DNA of 64,000 bases from the NCBI RefSeq assembly GCF_006345805.1, contig NC_042999.1:139562001-139626000 (forward strand). Direction: 5' to 3'. Within the stretch, counting starts at the first letter, position 1; each line of letters starts with the position of its first letter. Below the pieces are notes generated by a model that did not search any database, was not told the DNA's origin, and worked only from the letters and a program-made list of their open reading frames with translations. Origin of the DNA: Octopus sinensis. Taxonomy: Eukaryota. Both the position numbers and the translations under genes were made by a program. This document shows, in pieces, positions 24,736 to 38,021 of this stretch.

Positions 24736-27104
24736 AAACTAACCAAAAATTTATTAATCGAACTAGCTGCCAAGAACATGTCATAGTGCGCACCATAGCC
24801 TATTCAGTTTCCTTAAGTGTTTAGTCACAGTGGGTCTATCAGCAGTGTCTCTGTGAACAGTTGAACAGAGAGCTCTGTCACTGATGAAATTCCAATCCAA
24901 TATGGACCTGAAATTTGTCCAATTGATATTTTCTTTCCTGTCACAAAAATATAGTGCATATATATATAGAGAGAGAGGTTGCTTACATCTGTCTTTTATA
25001 TAAAATTTTGGCTAAAGATATTTCAAATGTTTAAGAATCATTGTCAATGTTTTAAATGTACACATATACTGATCTAACCTAAGGGCGAATATTTAGTAAC
25101 ACAAAGAGCTATTTTCCAAGGCATGTGCCACTAAACATTGATATATTCAATAACAAATATTTCTGTACATGAGTTGCCGGTATGATGTCTTCATTGAGCT
25201 GAAGACAATGGAAATTGCACAAATTCCATTGAGATTTTCAACACAAAGATATTTATTTTTATCATTAATAAACTAGCTATTGTTGTTACTGCAAACGTTG
25301 GAAAAGATATTTACACCATATGACCTACATGAAATAATTTGATAATTTCTTGCAGCTAGATGGTTTAACTGAATTATTATTGGCATCACCAGCCATTGGT
25401 CTTAATGTTAGTCACACAGTTTGCAGCCAACTGGTTTTAAAGTGAGAACCTCTACAGCTTGCCAGTGGCAAAAAAGGCTCTATTTACAACCATATCTTTT
25501 GAAGAGAAAACAGTGCTAGAAGATGGAATTGTTAATAAGATCCTGTTTTGCAAAATATTTGAATGGTCAGTTCCTTAATGATATCATCAATAACAGAGCA
25601 AATCGTGTTCATATAGTTTGTTTTTGCATCAGATACAGTGATCTGCGTTCAATTTCTAAGTGTGTTGGGACTTCCAAATATTCCTTCAACTTTGTAGTAC
25701 AGAACAGCACTGAAATAAAACACTGCTGACCCAACAGCAATTTATTGAGTAAATCAAACTCTCAGATGTCATATAAACTCTGGTATTATTTTGTTTGGCT
25801 GATCATTCTAATAAAGTCAAAAATTTACAGAAAAGAATCCACGAGACTAGTTTAAAATATGTTTTAAAAATCCTTAATTAAAGCATCTCCCCTGTAATCT
25901 TTCAACTATCCTTGACAAAGATGTAGAAATTGACCGACTTTTTAAAGATATTCTTACTGATGATTACCAATTCACAGAGGCAGAATATGTGAAAGCATAG
26001 ACATTCTTGAAGACTAGTGAGATCTGTGTTAAACATGGAGTAGCTCCATGAGTAGTGGACTATGTTTTAGTTGATAGCATTGTATTACGTTACAGAGAGA
26101 GATCTATTTCAGATCTATTTGTTCCAAAAACTGTAACAGGATGTATCAACCATTTTCAGCCTGTTAAAACCTCTGCTGGAGTTTCAGCAGAACAAATTTC
26201 GAGAGAAACAGACAGCCATAAACATATCTTGGTTCTGAGTAGGATCAGCAAAGGAGTGAGGAACAGAAAGCTCCCAATAATCATGAGTTTCATTGGTTTT
26301 AAGAAAGTATTTTTTACAGCTCATTGAGGAGGACTTGTCTGTATTCTGAAAAGATATGACAATCCTGTGAAACTAATGCAAGCGATCAACATGTCATGCA
26401 TGAAGGCTCAAGTGAAGATCAACTTGCCTGACAGTGAAATGTCTCCAACATCTACGCCGCGGGGAGATAGTCATGCTCCCTCCCTTTCTATTATTCAAAC
26501 ATATTGAAAATTATGTAGAGAAGCACTGAGGTCACACTGCAGTCAAGAAATGGAGTTTATTATGAGTCAGATATTAGTTGTTAATCTTGGCTGTGTCAAT
26601 ATCTCACTTGCCTTAAATACTGCTGAGCAAGCTTCAAAATCCTGCTTGCAGTTAATACAGAATACATAAAAGTAGAACTATTCTTAAAGAAAACCACTGA
26701 TCTGAACTTCAAACACCAATGACACAGTCATGGATAAAAGCACTGGAGAAGCCCTCCTGGTAGCAGAAGGATTCCAATTCTACAGGGCTGGATTTCATCT
26801 TTGGCGACTTCTTGGCAGCAGCACTGCTACCACCACTGTTATTGTTAAATCACCCAACTCCTAATAGTACAAAGGTAATAAATGAGGATAATAACAGGTT
26901 ACATCTAGCAGCAGTAGTCAACAAACAACAAGTTTATGTAGACAATATTGAAATTTATCAACAATTTATCACAAGACAAAAAACTCTTCTGTATTTTTCA
27001 TTAGAAAATAAAACAAGGCAGGTATTTCAAAAATTATTTATTACAAAACTAAAGCTCAATTTATCAGTGTGTATGTGTCTGTAAACTGAAAACTATTTCT
27101 GATA

Positions 27105-30100
27105 TCAAGTAAAACCATCTGTTTTATATAAACCTGTATTTTTGACATTGGTAACTTGTGTTGATGATAATGGTAATCTGTCCCCTTCTGCTGTAAAAAG
27201 TCCTACAGGATAGACATCTTCATTGCTACCACAAATCACATTGTTGTCAATTAACTGAGTTGTTGTTGTCCGATTTAGTGATTTAGAAGAGTCTTCTCTT
27301 ATGAGTCTAGATTGAGAACACAGTTTTTCTTCACTATATGACACAGGAGATAAGTCAGAAACTGGAGAACTTTCAAATACATTAGATTTTAATTTGGGTG
27401 ATGTTCCATATATCTTATTTGTTGTTGCTTTGCTATTTGTGGTATCTGAAAATGGTAAGCTAAAATCTGTAGTCGATACAGCTATAGAATTCAAAGGAGT
27501 GTTTAGTGCCCGAGAACTATCTGAAACTGAACTAGATGTTGAAGCTCTTTTATTCATTTGACCATATTCGTCATCATCAGGTCCTACAGGCTCGATTTTT
27601 ACAGTGGGAAGAATAACAGAACCAACTGGAGAGTTGCTATCCTTAGTGTCCGGAGATGCAGCCTCAATCTTTTGCTCAAAGAGTCTAACTGTATCTTCTT
27701 TAAGTTCTGCTAATTCATTTTGAGAAACCTCCTGCTGTTTAATATCCTCAGTAGGAACAGCTGAAATATTAGATGGCATCTGCCTGGTATCATCAAATGC
27801 AGTGACTGTTGAAGCAATTTGCTGACGTGCTCCACGCAGAAGATGAACATCACACATATTTTGTAAATCTTTCATGTCTAATTGTTTTGCAATGACTTTT
27901 AGCTGTTGTAAAATATTAAGATCAAGATCTAATAGTCCAGTATACATGTATTCAACAAAAGCCATTAAAGTTTCTGTGCTTACTTCAGGAAATTTCACTT
28001 CAAAAAACTGAGAAGAGATGTATGTACTAATTACTGAGAACAGTTTTGGAGACACAGCAGACAAGACTATTTTATGGACCTGAAATATAGTAAATGATAA
28101 CAGTATGTTTATAGCATACCAACAATAGAATGACAGACACTTAAGAAACATGTTTATAAAGTAGAAAAATGTAGGCTTATGTTTTTCCAATTTCTACAAA
28201 ACCTATTGACTACCAAAAGTGTCAAGCCACTGGAAGTTAATTTAAACTTCACTTATCTCAAAGAGTTATTTCATTAATACTTTAATTAAATCAACTCCAT
28301 TTTCTTTTTCTGTAAAATATTCTATTCTATATCAGTAACCAAATGTTTGAGAAAAAGTTATTTTCAATGATGGAATCGTAAAACTAAAGGCTACACCTAT
28401 GTTTAAGAAATATAGGGGGGAGTAGAATAAAGAATATCTTGATATTAAGCACATTAGAAATTAAGCATAATCTTTTAGACTTACAAGCAAAATTTTTTAC
28501 CTATCATGATGATGTCATTAGAAACAGTTTCTAACTGTGAAAAAGTTTACAACTCTATACTTACCATCACAGTAGATGAGCCATTGCTAATACTAGCATC
28601 ACATAATTTTCTACTTCTCCACATAGATGCTAGGTTAGACATCACATAACGTTGATGACTAGTAACTAGCAATTTTCGTTTCAGTAAATCTTTTTTCCTA
28701 ATTATTGATTTAGATACAGTTGTTTGATTCGGATCTTTCACCAGCTTTGATTTGGATGGAGTTATTTGAAATGGTGAAGTCAACACCTGACCTGGCTTTG
28801 TAATATTTTGCGATGCTTGTGCTAAACTTGAATCTTGCTGGACTGGCATTTTAGTTGGATGTACACATTTTGAAATCTTTGGAGTTGATAAAGCACTGTT
28901 CATTTGCCTAAAATGAAAATTTGCAATTAATTCAGAAGAAATGTATAAGAGAAAAATAGTAACTCAATAGCATTGTCAAAATACCATTTTAGTCATCACA
29001 TACCATCTGTCATGTGATTGCTGATTTCTTAACATTTGATTCTTGTGTTGCTTCTTCAAGTGTTGCTCCCCAAGGTGCTGTATTTCTTTCTTTTTTTCCT
29101 GTGTCATTTTCATCTGAGTGTTGAGGAAGTGAGGCACGATCACAGAAAGAAATAAAAAGATGAAAGACTAATGAATTCATTTAAATGGAAATAATTGAGA
29201 CTGTGATGAATGGATAAGTTATTTTAATGAAAATGTCAATGATAACTGAAAATTCTTGTTTGTAAGGCTGACAAATAATGCTTAATTACCATATTGAAAC
29301 TTCCACTAAGACAAAATGGAATCTGTCAGTCACATATGTCTATAGCAAATCTCAAAAGCATTCAAAATCAATCTGAACAAAGAATCTCTACTGAATTCTA
29401 AAACTGAAATGAGAATGGAGCTGGATGTTATACTTATCCTATTCTAAAATCTGACATGATGGTAGCATGTTGTAATTTGACTTCAACATCAAATATATAG
29501 TAACTGCTGCTACAATTCACACAGACTTTCTCTGCTAGATTTTTTGCAGAAAATTTTTCAACATTGTAATTCCTGATTGAATTTACAATTGATTCAGTTG
29601 TATTTTTATCATATACATTAATTCCAAAATTATACTCAATTTATATGGATAGTGATTCCTCAACACTTTATAGTGTACATGATACTGTATTACAGGTGCA
29701 TATTTTTGATAATACCAGATAACGAAGTACTGAGCACACTAAGTTGGCTTGTCCACTGATGTTTATCAGTTGCACAGCTCCTAACCCTGACATGGAGATT
29801 CATGGAAGCATACAAAGTATGACTGAGCCTTAATTCATGATTTTGTTGAGCTCATTTATCATCATCATCATCGTTTAACGTCCGTTTTCCATGCTAGCAT
29901 GGGTTGGACGGTTCGAACGGGGTCTGAGAAGCCAGGAGGCTGCACCAGGCTCCAGTCTGATCTGGCAGTGTTTCTACAGGTGGATGCCCTTCCTAATGCC
30001 AACCACTCCGTGAGTGTAGTGGGCACTTTTTAAGTGCCACCAGCACAGGTGCAAGGTGAGGCTGGCAATGGCCACGATCGGTTGGTGCCAATTCTTAATG

Positions 30101-30521
30101 AAAATTGTGGAGAGGCTGTAATACTAAAAGTTGACATCACAAGAAACTTCATATCATAAACCTTCTTAATACATTTATCCTACATATATCCTTGGACTCT
30201 GAAATGAATTGCAATATCAATGACCTTGCAAATAAATTCCATAAGCAGATCTTTGTTATATTTCTATTGGTGTGTGATGCTTAAGAATGTATACCTGATA
30301 TCTACCTTGAGAGTTGTACGATAAGTTCTTGCCCTCTGTTTCTGAACTTCTAATCTTGCCTGCCTTTGTTCCACTGTTTCTGCCTGCCGAAGAGCAAATT
30401 GTCTTTGTCTCTTATCTTGCAATCTTAATTGTTTTTCTTCTGTGCTTTCCCTTTTCCGTCTTTCTCTTGCCCTCTGAGCAGATTTGGTGAGACGGCCCAG
30501 TGATGATCGTTTGGTACGCAT
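27105..30521 (-). CDS. Unit C: repeat(STPR-like)-BTB/POZ protein, 4 coding exons (30521-30306, 29113-29004, 28907-28565, 28079-27105), 547 aa
   Basis: GT/AG junctions with phases 0,2,0; 1644 nt open; same BTB signature as unit B. Confidence 0.82.
29858..30090 (-). mobile_element. RTE 3'-end-derived SINE/truncated LINE in an intron of unit C
   Basis: (CAT)n + cgtttaacgtccgttttccatgctagcatgggttgg, matching the 3' end of the RTE at 15030. A ~45-bp remnant lies at the same site in unit E (~55178-55220). Confidence 0.8.
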
Positions 30522-30609
30522 AACTTCATTACACTAGAAAAAAAAATGTTGCATTAAATGAGAACACTGACACATTTTCTAGACATCCAAAAAAAATAGT
30601 ACAATATCT

Positions 30610-31103
30610 GGAAAGACTTCCGCCCGTCCCCACCCCAATTTTCTCCCAAAGTTGTTTATTTAAAAATAATTTTTTTGCCAAAAACCCCCGTTTTCGGAAA
30701 ATTGTCAAAAGTCGGCATTCTTAAATCCCCCACTTCCCCCCAATTCTTCAATTTTTACTTTTTCCCCCAACACTAACCCTTACCGTAACTACTAAAATGT
30801 TTTAAAATTTTTGTCCAAATCACAATGTCTGTATTTTTCCGCATATTTAGAAAAGAGGTTTTATAAAAAATTTTGGAAATTCTCTTCAGAATCATAATCT
30901 TCGTACTTTCCTCTATAATTTGATAACAAAAATTATGAAAAAAAGTAAAAAAAAGAAGGAAATGGGAGTGGGAATTTTAAAATGCCTATTTTTGCCAATT
31001 TATTTTGCAGATTCGTATTCCCTTTAGTCGAAAAGGGATTTTGTGTAGGAAAAAAAAAATTAGAAAAAAGGATGGCTGAGGGGAGATGGGCAGAAGTTTT
31101 GCC
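30610..31103. mobile_element. MITE with GG..CC termini and 8-bp TSD
   Basis: Imperfect TIRs ggaaagacttccgccc / gggcagaagttttgcc, flanked by caatatct on both sides; single-copy empty site in units A and E. Confidence 0.8.
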
Positions 31104-31242
31104 CAATATCTTTTAAACAGAATGTTACAAGCCACAGAGTATACCAATAATTCTTTCCTAATTACGTCAACAGAAAACTAGTATTTATATGAAGATTCCA
31201 ACTAAAATATTAGTATATAGTCTTCACTTTGCACAATATTGA

Positions 31243-31468
31243 AAGCAGCGAGCTAGTAGAATCGTTAGCACACCGGGTAGAATGCTTCGTGGTATTTCGT
31301 CTACGTTCCAAGTTCAATTTCCACCGAGGTCGACTTTGCCTTTCATCCTTTAGGGGTCGATTAAATAAGTACCAGTCACGCACTGAAGTCGATGTAATCG
31401 ACTTAATCCCTTTGTCTGTCCTTGTTTGTTCCCTCTATGTTTAGCCCCCCATTGGCAACGAAGAAATA
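31243..31468 (+). mobile_element. tRNA-derived SINE
   Basis: Head with A/B-box-like motifs (gagctagtagaatcgttagc...gttcaatttcc) followed by core 'gaggtcgactttgcctttcatcctttaggggtcgattaaataagtaccagt'; absent in other units. Confidence 0.75.
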
Positions 31469-31524
31469 TATATCAGTCTTTATAAACGGAGAGTAATGGA
31501 TTAGCTCCCCTTGAAAACTATTAC

Positions 31525-32830
31525 TGGGGTTTTCTGAAAATACGCCCAGGCTGTTAAATGGAAAATACTATTTTATAAAACTATTTTTCGGTTTAAATAA
31601 CCGCCTACCTATAATAAGCACTCACGGGCACTAATATGGAAGTAAAATATTTCACGTAGGAAAAACAAAGATATTCTCAAAAACCAGATTTATTTTATAC
31701 GATTCCACTGCACTTCTAACGTTTCAGTTATCAGATATATTGGCATAAAGAAACTGAAAGAGCTTTAAAAGAAGTAGCATATTAAAAAATATTCTGAAGT
31801 TAACAATGGATCTATTAGGAAATATTGAAAATTAAACTGTTGGAAACATGACTAGAAGCCTCGTATGAACAAATAATGTCCTTGGGCATTTATGGTAGAA
31901 TAGTAACCGAATAATTTAAAGTTAAATATCACGAATTTCTTCATTTGTTGCTGGGCCATAATTCACATCAGAGCTAATTTCACTTGTATCTCATCTTCTT
32001 CAATTTTATCATTATGTGCATCTGGTGCATTTACCTCAGGGCCAGACAAAACATCCTGTAAACATGAGTTTAAGAGGCTATGTTCTACAGTCTATCCACG
32101 AGGAGCAATTCCACAACATTCAAAAGCACGCTTTATAGTTTCTCTATTAAAAGTGGCAACAGCTTGGGTCACAAAGTTCATTATCTCTTGATAAGGTCTT
32201 TTGTGATATCCTTAATTTGTATACTCCTTTTTGTCATTTGAAAAACTAATTCTCCCATTCAGCAGGAAGGGCTTTCTTGAAAGGACCAATAATTGATACA
32301 TCTAACGGCTGCAAGTAAGATGTTGTTTTAGGAGGTATAAGTTTAAGAATTGTATTCCTACGTTTGAACACTTCTAGGAGCTCTGTTTTCTTGTGCACTG
32401 AGCATCCATCCATGAATAACACTGAATTTTGAGCATGACATAGTTGTGCTGTTCTCTGCCCAAACACTTTGTCAGCCCACAGCTGCATGAGTTCATGTGA
32501 ATGATCCCCCGTTGGAGACTGTTAAGTAAATATTCTTTAGGACATTGATTTTAGGCATGTTTTTTCAATCCTTTAAGGATAATCATTGTTTACAACACCT
32601 TTCCTGCAGCATTAACACACAACACAGCAATAAAACGAGCTTTGGTAGCACCACAGTGGCTAGCATCTACATGTTAATTGTCAACAAAGTCTGTGGTTGT
32701 TGAACTCAACATGTCAATGTATAGATGTTTCATCCATATTATAAATTTGGTCAGCATCTTTATCTGCTGTTAATACTGGAATGCTATCTAGACAGTCACT
32801 GGCGATTTGTGCCTTTTGTGACGTAACGTC
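31525..32830 (-). mobile_element. Pogo/Tigger-like (DDE_1) transposon relic
   Basis: Fragment LFMDGCSVH...LIPPKTTSYLQPLDVSIIGPFKK, typical of pogo-family DDE domains; an upstream NMDET-like region; frameshifted. Boundaries approximate. Confidence 0.75.
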
Positions 32831-33409
32831 ACGGAAGCTATGTTTTTTTGTTGTTGTTTTTTAAAAAAAAGAGAAATTGTTCTATCGTCTTCATTAATAA
32901 ATAAATGTCCAAATATCAGGAAAATTTGTACTGCACAGCAGAGGGTAAGTATGAAAATAAATATGCAAAAAGTAAAAAATAGGATAAAATATACTATTTC
33001 TGAGATATTACGGGTACACACAAACATCTCTAGAGTTTTAGTATTATTAAGATGTAGAAATATCAATTTTTTTTATTTACCACAAAGACAGTTGGATATT
33101 TTTACGATATTTCATTTTAGATGTATTCGTTAGTTAAGGAATTCAAGTTCTGAATTCGCTGTTTTTCTAGATTTTCTATGCATTATATTTAATTAAGATA
33201 TAGCATCACATATATGTAGAAGATAGTTACATGGTACAAATATTATTTACTAAAGCACGGCAGGCATGATTGACCATTCATCGCAAAAAAAAGACAATAG
33301 GGTAACTAGGAGAAAACAAAAGAGTTATAATATTTAAGATGTGAAAATAATAGAACCACATTAGACGATTTTCGAGTATTTCATAATGATGTAAACAAAT
33401 TAAACCTAC

Positions 33410-33472
33410 CCGAGAGGGTCCGACAGTAGATAAAATGTTCGTTTCCAGATCCTCCAGGTTCGATAACTCTCT
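33410..33472 (-). promoter_or_regulatory. Putative non-coding first exon of unit C
   Basis: Conserved block with donor CGG|gtaggt. Confidence 0.4.
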
Positions 33473-33797
33473 TAGTTTATATTTTTCTTCAGCACAGAAT
33501 GTTTTTTTTATTTTATTGTGGTGTTATTATATTAGTGCACAGTTAGCAGTGAACCTCTTCACAGCGTGCGGTTTGCTAATGCCACGCTGTCTGTTTGACT
33601 GACATTACCCAAATTTCCCAACTTTAATTCCAAATAACATTAGATTCTTTAATTGGTTGATCGTAATCAAAATTCAGAGTTGTATTGAAACACCAAAATT
33701 GAAAGCAATCGGAGCAAAATTAAGGGGGCTCATTTTGCGAATGAGAAAGACTAGATCCTTTACCGTTTTACAAACTTAAACTACAAAATTGGACAAA

Positions 33798-34419
33798 ACC
33801 TTTTCAGTTTGACGAGCAGATTTAAAAAATAATTTCTTTGTAACTAAACACTTTTAAACTTCGTATACTGGTAGAATGTGTTACATAAAACATTTTTTCT
33901 CTTGGCTTTCTTGAGAAAATTCTGTAGTTTGTAAGCTATTTGTTGTTAAATTTCTTGCATTTCGGCACTTTCAACCAAGCAATGACGTCTATTGAGGTGA
34001 ATACAATTTCTGCTGTTGTTTGTCAACAACTTCCTGCGGTCTCTATTTAGTTTGTCACTGTTATTTATGACATATTTCATATTAGTAACGTTCGTATGAA
34101 TAAAAGATTGTGGGGGAAGGGTTTCTTTTTTCTTCTGAAATGTAAATAAACCCATAAGAACACCGCCGGAAGTTCTTGTTGAACTTGTTGACAAACAACA
34201 GCAGAAATTGTATTCACCTCAATAGACGTCATTGATTGGTTGAAATTGCCGAAATGCAAGAAATTTAACAACAAATAGCTTACAAACTACAGAATTTTCT
34301 CATGAAAGCCAAGAGAAAAAGATGTTTTATGTAACACATTCTACCAGTATACGAAGTTTAAAAGTGTTTAGTTACAAAGAAATTATTTAAAAAATCTGCT
34401 GGTCGAAGCGAAAAGATCC
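33798..34419. mobile_element. Fold-back MITE with ~230-bp inverted arms, same family as 23724-24121
   Basis: 33800-34030 is the near-perfect reverse complement of 34185-34419; ends in gaaaagatcc like the 23724 element. Confidence 0.8.
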
Positions 34420-34524
34420 TGCAATTGAAAATATTTAAGAGATAAAAGGGAAAAAAAGATAGAAAAAAACAAAAACAATTTACCACCTTGAGTTGAAAAG
34501 TTGGGGGTGCTGGGAAACCTCTCT

Positions 34525-35900
34525 AATGCCTATTGAGGCACACCAGCTGCATTGCCATGGGTGATGGCAAGGCTGATGCGCTGGAACAGCCAAGTGCTCT
34601 CACAAGCTTCAACAGTCACGTCTGCAAGGCGAGTTGCCAGTGAAAACAGGTATCTTGCAGTTAGTGGTGTGACCCCACCAAACATCTCAAACACCACAGG
34701 ATGGAAAATGTAGCTGGCTGACAGATCGTGGTATTTCAGAATTTTCTTCCACTTGGCTGCTGAAGCTGTAGATCTCAACCTGACCACAGCTTCCAGGATG
34801 TGAGAAGAAGCAAAGGAGTCGCTAACTGTGACATCTCAGACAAGGCATCTTCCTAGCGACCAGGGGCACAGGGTGAGGCTGTCACGTCTTTTCCCATCAC
34901 ATCTGGACAATCCAGATGGTTCCAAGATGGAGGGGATGTTTGCCTGGGACAAGTTCCTCTTGAGCATCAAGTTCAACTCTGTATGATGCACGAAGCGACC
35001 AGCATTTAGGTGGCTAGAAAGGGCATGGAGGTGTGTGGAGTCGACTCCACAGGCCGCAACAGATCAAACCCATGCATATGTCAGCTCCCACTCTGAGGGC
35101 AATTGAGACACAAGCTGAGTAGGCCACCAACATTAGCCACAGGGATGGCATCAATCCAGTCACCTGAGTATTTGACGCTAGCAGACAGTAAGCGGCATCT
35201 AGAAACTTGGTCCGACTGGTTGAAGAGGGAGTCAAAGGTGGCCTTCAAAATTATGTTGTCCCAAGCTTTCTGATTCTGACAATCCTCAACCTTCTCAGGA
35301 GCAGACAAGCCCAATTCCCTCCATTGTTGGAGAACTTCATCCAACTCTCTGTTAGAACTGGTCCATGTTGGAGAGGACAGGATGTTGCTCACCAGGGTGG
35401 GGCAGGTGGAGGAAAGGAAGCAGAGGAGAGAGAGGGACGAACACTTACAAAGATCCCGACCTCCAAATTGCTTGGGCAATGCAGCCTGATCACAGGACCT
35501 TGTAGAGACTTACTACATGTGATGGCATTCACCCGGGGTGGGTTGAGCCGGCTTCTTCTCTGGACCTGACGGCATCACGATCCATGGCGGCCCATGCTCG
35601 ATGGTCCTGTGTGAGGTCACTGGAGATAGCGAACCATTCACGGTTCCATCTGCGCAGACTGACTACCTGCAGAGCTGAAAGTTTGGAGAGGTTCTCCTTT
35701 ATCGTCATTGCCCAGGTCTTCAGCTGCCCACCTGTGCATTCGCGCAGGTGGGCAGTGGAGCTGGAAAGTGGAGTGGAAGGAGGACGTCATGAATCAGCTC
35801 TCTTTGAACACTGGGCCGCATGGCTGAACCACCTTAAGTGCCATTGTAGAAGCACTGAAGGGAGAGGTCGGAGACTCAGGCGATGACGAAGACCGACTGT
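34525..35900 (-). mobile_element. CRE/RLE-type non-LTR retrotransposon 3' fragment
   Basis: Restriction-like endonuclease region (RCDGKRRD...PW...DVTV...HPVVFEMFGG...FQRISLAITHGNA) plus GG(L)-type and WIDAIP motifs; decayed. Confidence 0.7.
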
Positions 35901-38021
35901 AGGAACCCGATCAATGCGTCGGCAGTGAAGAATGCAGCAGAGACAGTCATTGTCGAACACCTCCAGCCTTCACTGACCAACTACCCTCATAGGCCATGTT
36001 TCACAACCATAGAGGAAGAAAACATGGATAGTCTTTCAGAAAATAAAGACTATGAAAATTGTCCTTATTTAGTACATCATTTGCTATGTTTGGAAGGCAT
36101 TGATAAACTGAGGAGTTAAATATATATATAAAGACATCAATGATTAAGATTAACTTCAGTTTCCAACCACAATTATGTAGTCAAAGACCTAGCACCCTAA
36201 TATTAGAGTCATTAAGCCTTCATAATATATTTTGTAATGTAAATTCTAAGCATTAGAAGGGTTAGTGTTAGGAAGAACATCCAGCCATAGAAACCAACCC
36301 AAAACCGATGATTGTTCAACATCCCCGGGCCTTACCAGTTCTTGTCAAGCCATCCCACCCATGCTAGCATGGACAACAGGCATTAAATAACAATGATGAT
36401 AATGGTGGTGGTGATCTTTTTGTATATTAAAATAAACAATTTAATACAAATTTATATTGATATATTCATTTTTATGTAAATTTATATCAAATAAAAAATA
36501 TCTTCAGTGCCATTTATACATAAGGCTATCTTACCAGATAGTGGCTCTCATCCTAATCATCATCATCATTTAGCGTCCGCTTTCCATGCTAGCATGGGTT
36601 GGACGGTTCAACTGGGGTCTGTGAAGCCAGAAGGCTGCATCAGACCCAGCACGGGGGCCAGGCGAGGCTGGCAATGTTCTTCATAATACATCTTATATAT
36701 AAATATGATGATATTTTTTTAACACAGATTGCCATTTGTCAAAATGTGTATTATACCATACAAATAAGAAGATATTTTTTAGAACACTTGTAAAAACAAA
36801 TGTCAATTATCCTTGACAAAGATAAAGAAATTGACCAAGTTTTTAGCGATACTCCTATTGATGATTGCCCATTTACAGATGCAGAGTATGTGAGAGCATG
36901 GACATTCCTAAAGACTGGTGAGAGCTGTGGTAAAGATGGAGTAGTTCTTAGAGTACTGGACTATGCTTTAGTCGACAGCATTATATTAAGTTACCTCAAA
37001 AGCAGAGAGGGATCTATTTCAGTTCCATTCTTAGCAAGAACTGTAACAGGATGTATGTCTACCATTTTCAGCCTGTTAAAACCTCTGCTAAGGTTTCACA
37101 GAACAAATTTCAAGAGAAACAGACAGCCATAAACATATTTTGGTTCTGAGTAGGATCATGAAATGAGTGAGGAACAGAAAGCTCCCAATAATCATAAGTT
37201 TCATTGGTTTTAAGAAAATATTTCTTACACTTCATTGAGAACTTGTCTGCATTCTGAAAAGGTATGACAATCCTGAGAAGCTAGCGCAACCAATCAAGTC
37301 ATGCATGAAGGCCCAAGTGAAGATCAACTTGCTTGACAATGAAATGAATGTCTCCAACATCTGCACCGCTTATGCAGCAGGGAGATAGTCATGTTCCCTC
37401 CCTCTCTATTAATCAAAGATATTATTGAAAATTATGTAGAGAAGCACTGAGGTCACACTGCAGTCAAGAAATGGAATTCATTATGAGTCAGATATTAGTT
37501 ATTGGTCTTGGCTGTGTCAACATCTCACTTCCCTTAAATACTGCTGAGCACGCTTGTAAAATCCCACATGCTGTTAATACTGAATACATAAAAGTATAAC
37601 TATTCTTAAAGAAAACCACTGATCTGAACTTCAAACACCAATGATACAGTCATGGGTAACAGCAATGGAGAAGCCCTCCAGGTAGCAAAGGATTCCAATT
37701 CTACAGCGCTTAGATCTCATCTTTGTTTGGCGACTTCTAGGCAGCAGCACTACCACCACTGGTATTGTTAAATCACCAAACTCCTAGTAGTACAAAGGTA
37801 ATAAATGAGGATAACAACAGGTTACATCTAGCAGCAGTAGTCAATAAAGAACAAGTTTATGTCAACAATATTGAAATTTATCAACAATCTCTCACAAGAC
37901 AAAAAACTCTTCTGTATTTTTCATTAGAAAATAAAACAAGGCAGGTATTTCAAAAATTATTTATTACAAAATTAAAGCTCAATTTATCTGTGTATGTGTG
38001 TACTGAAAACTATTTCTGATA

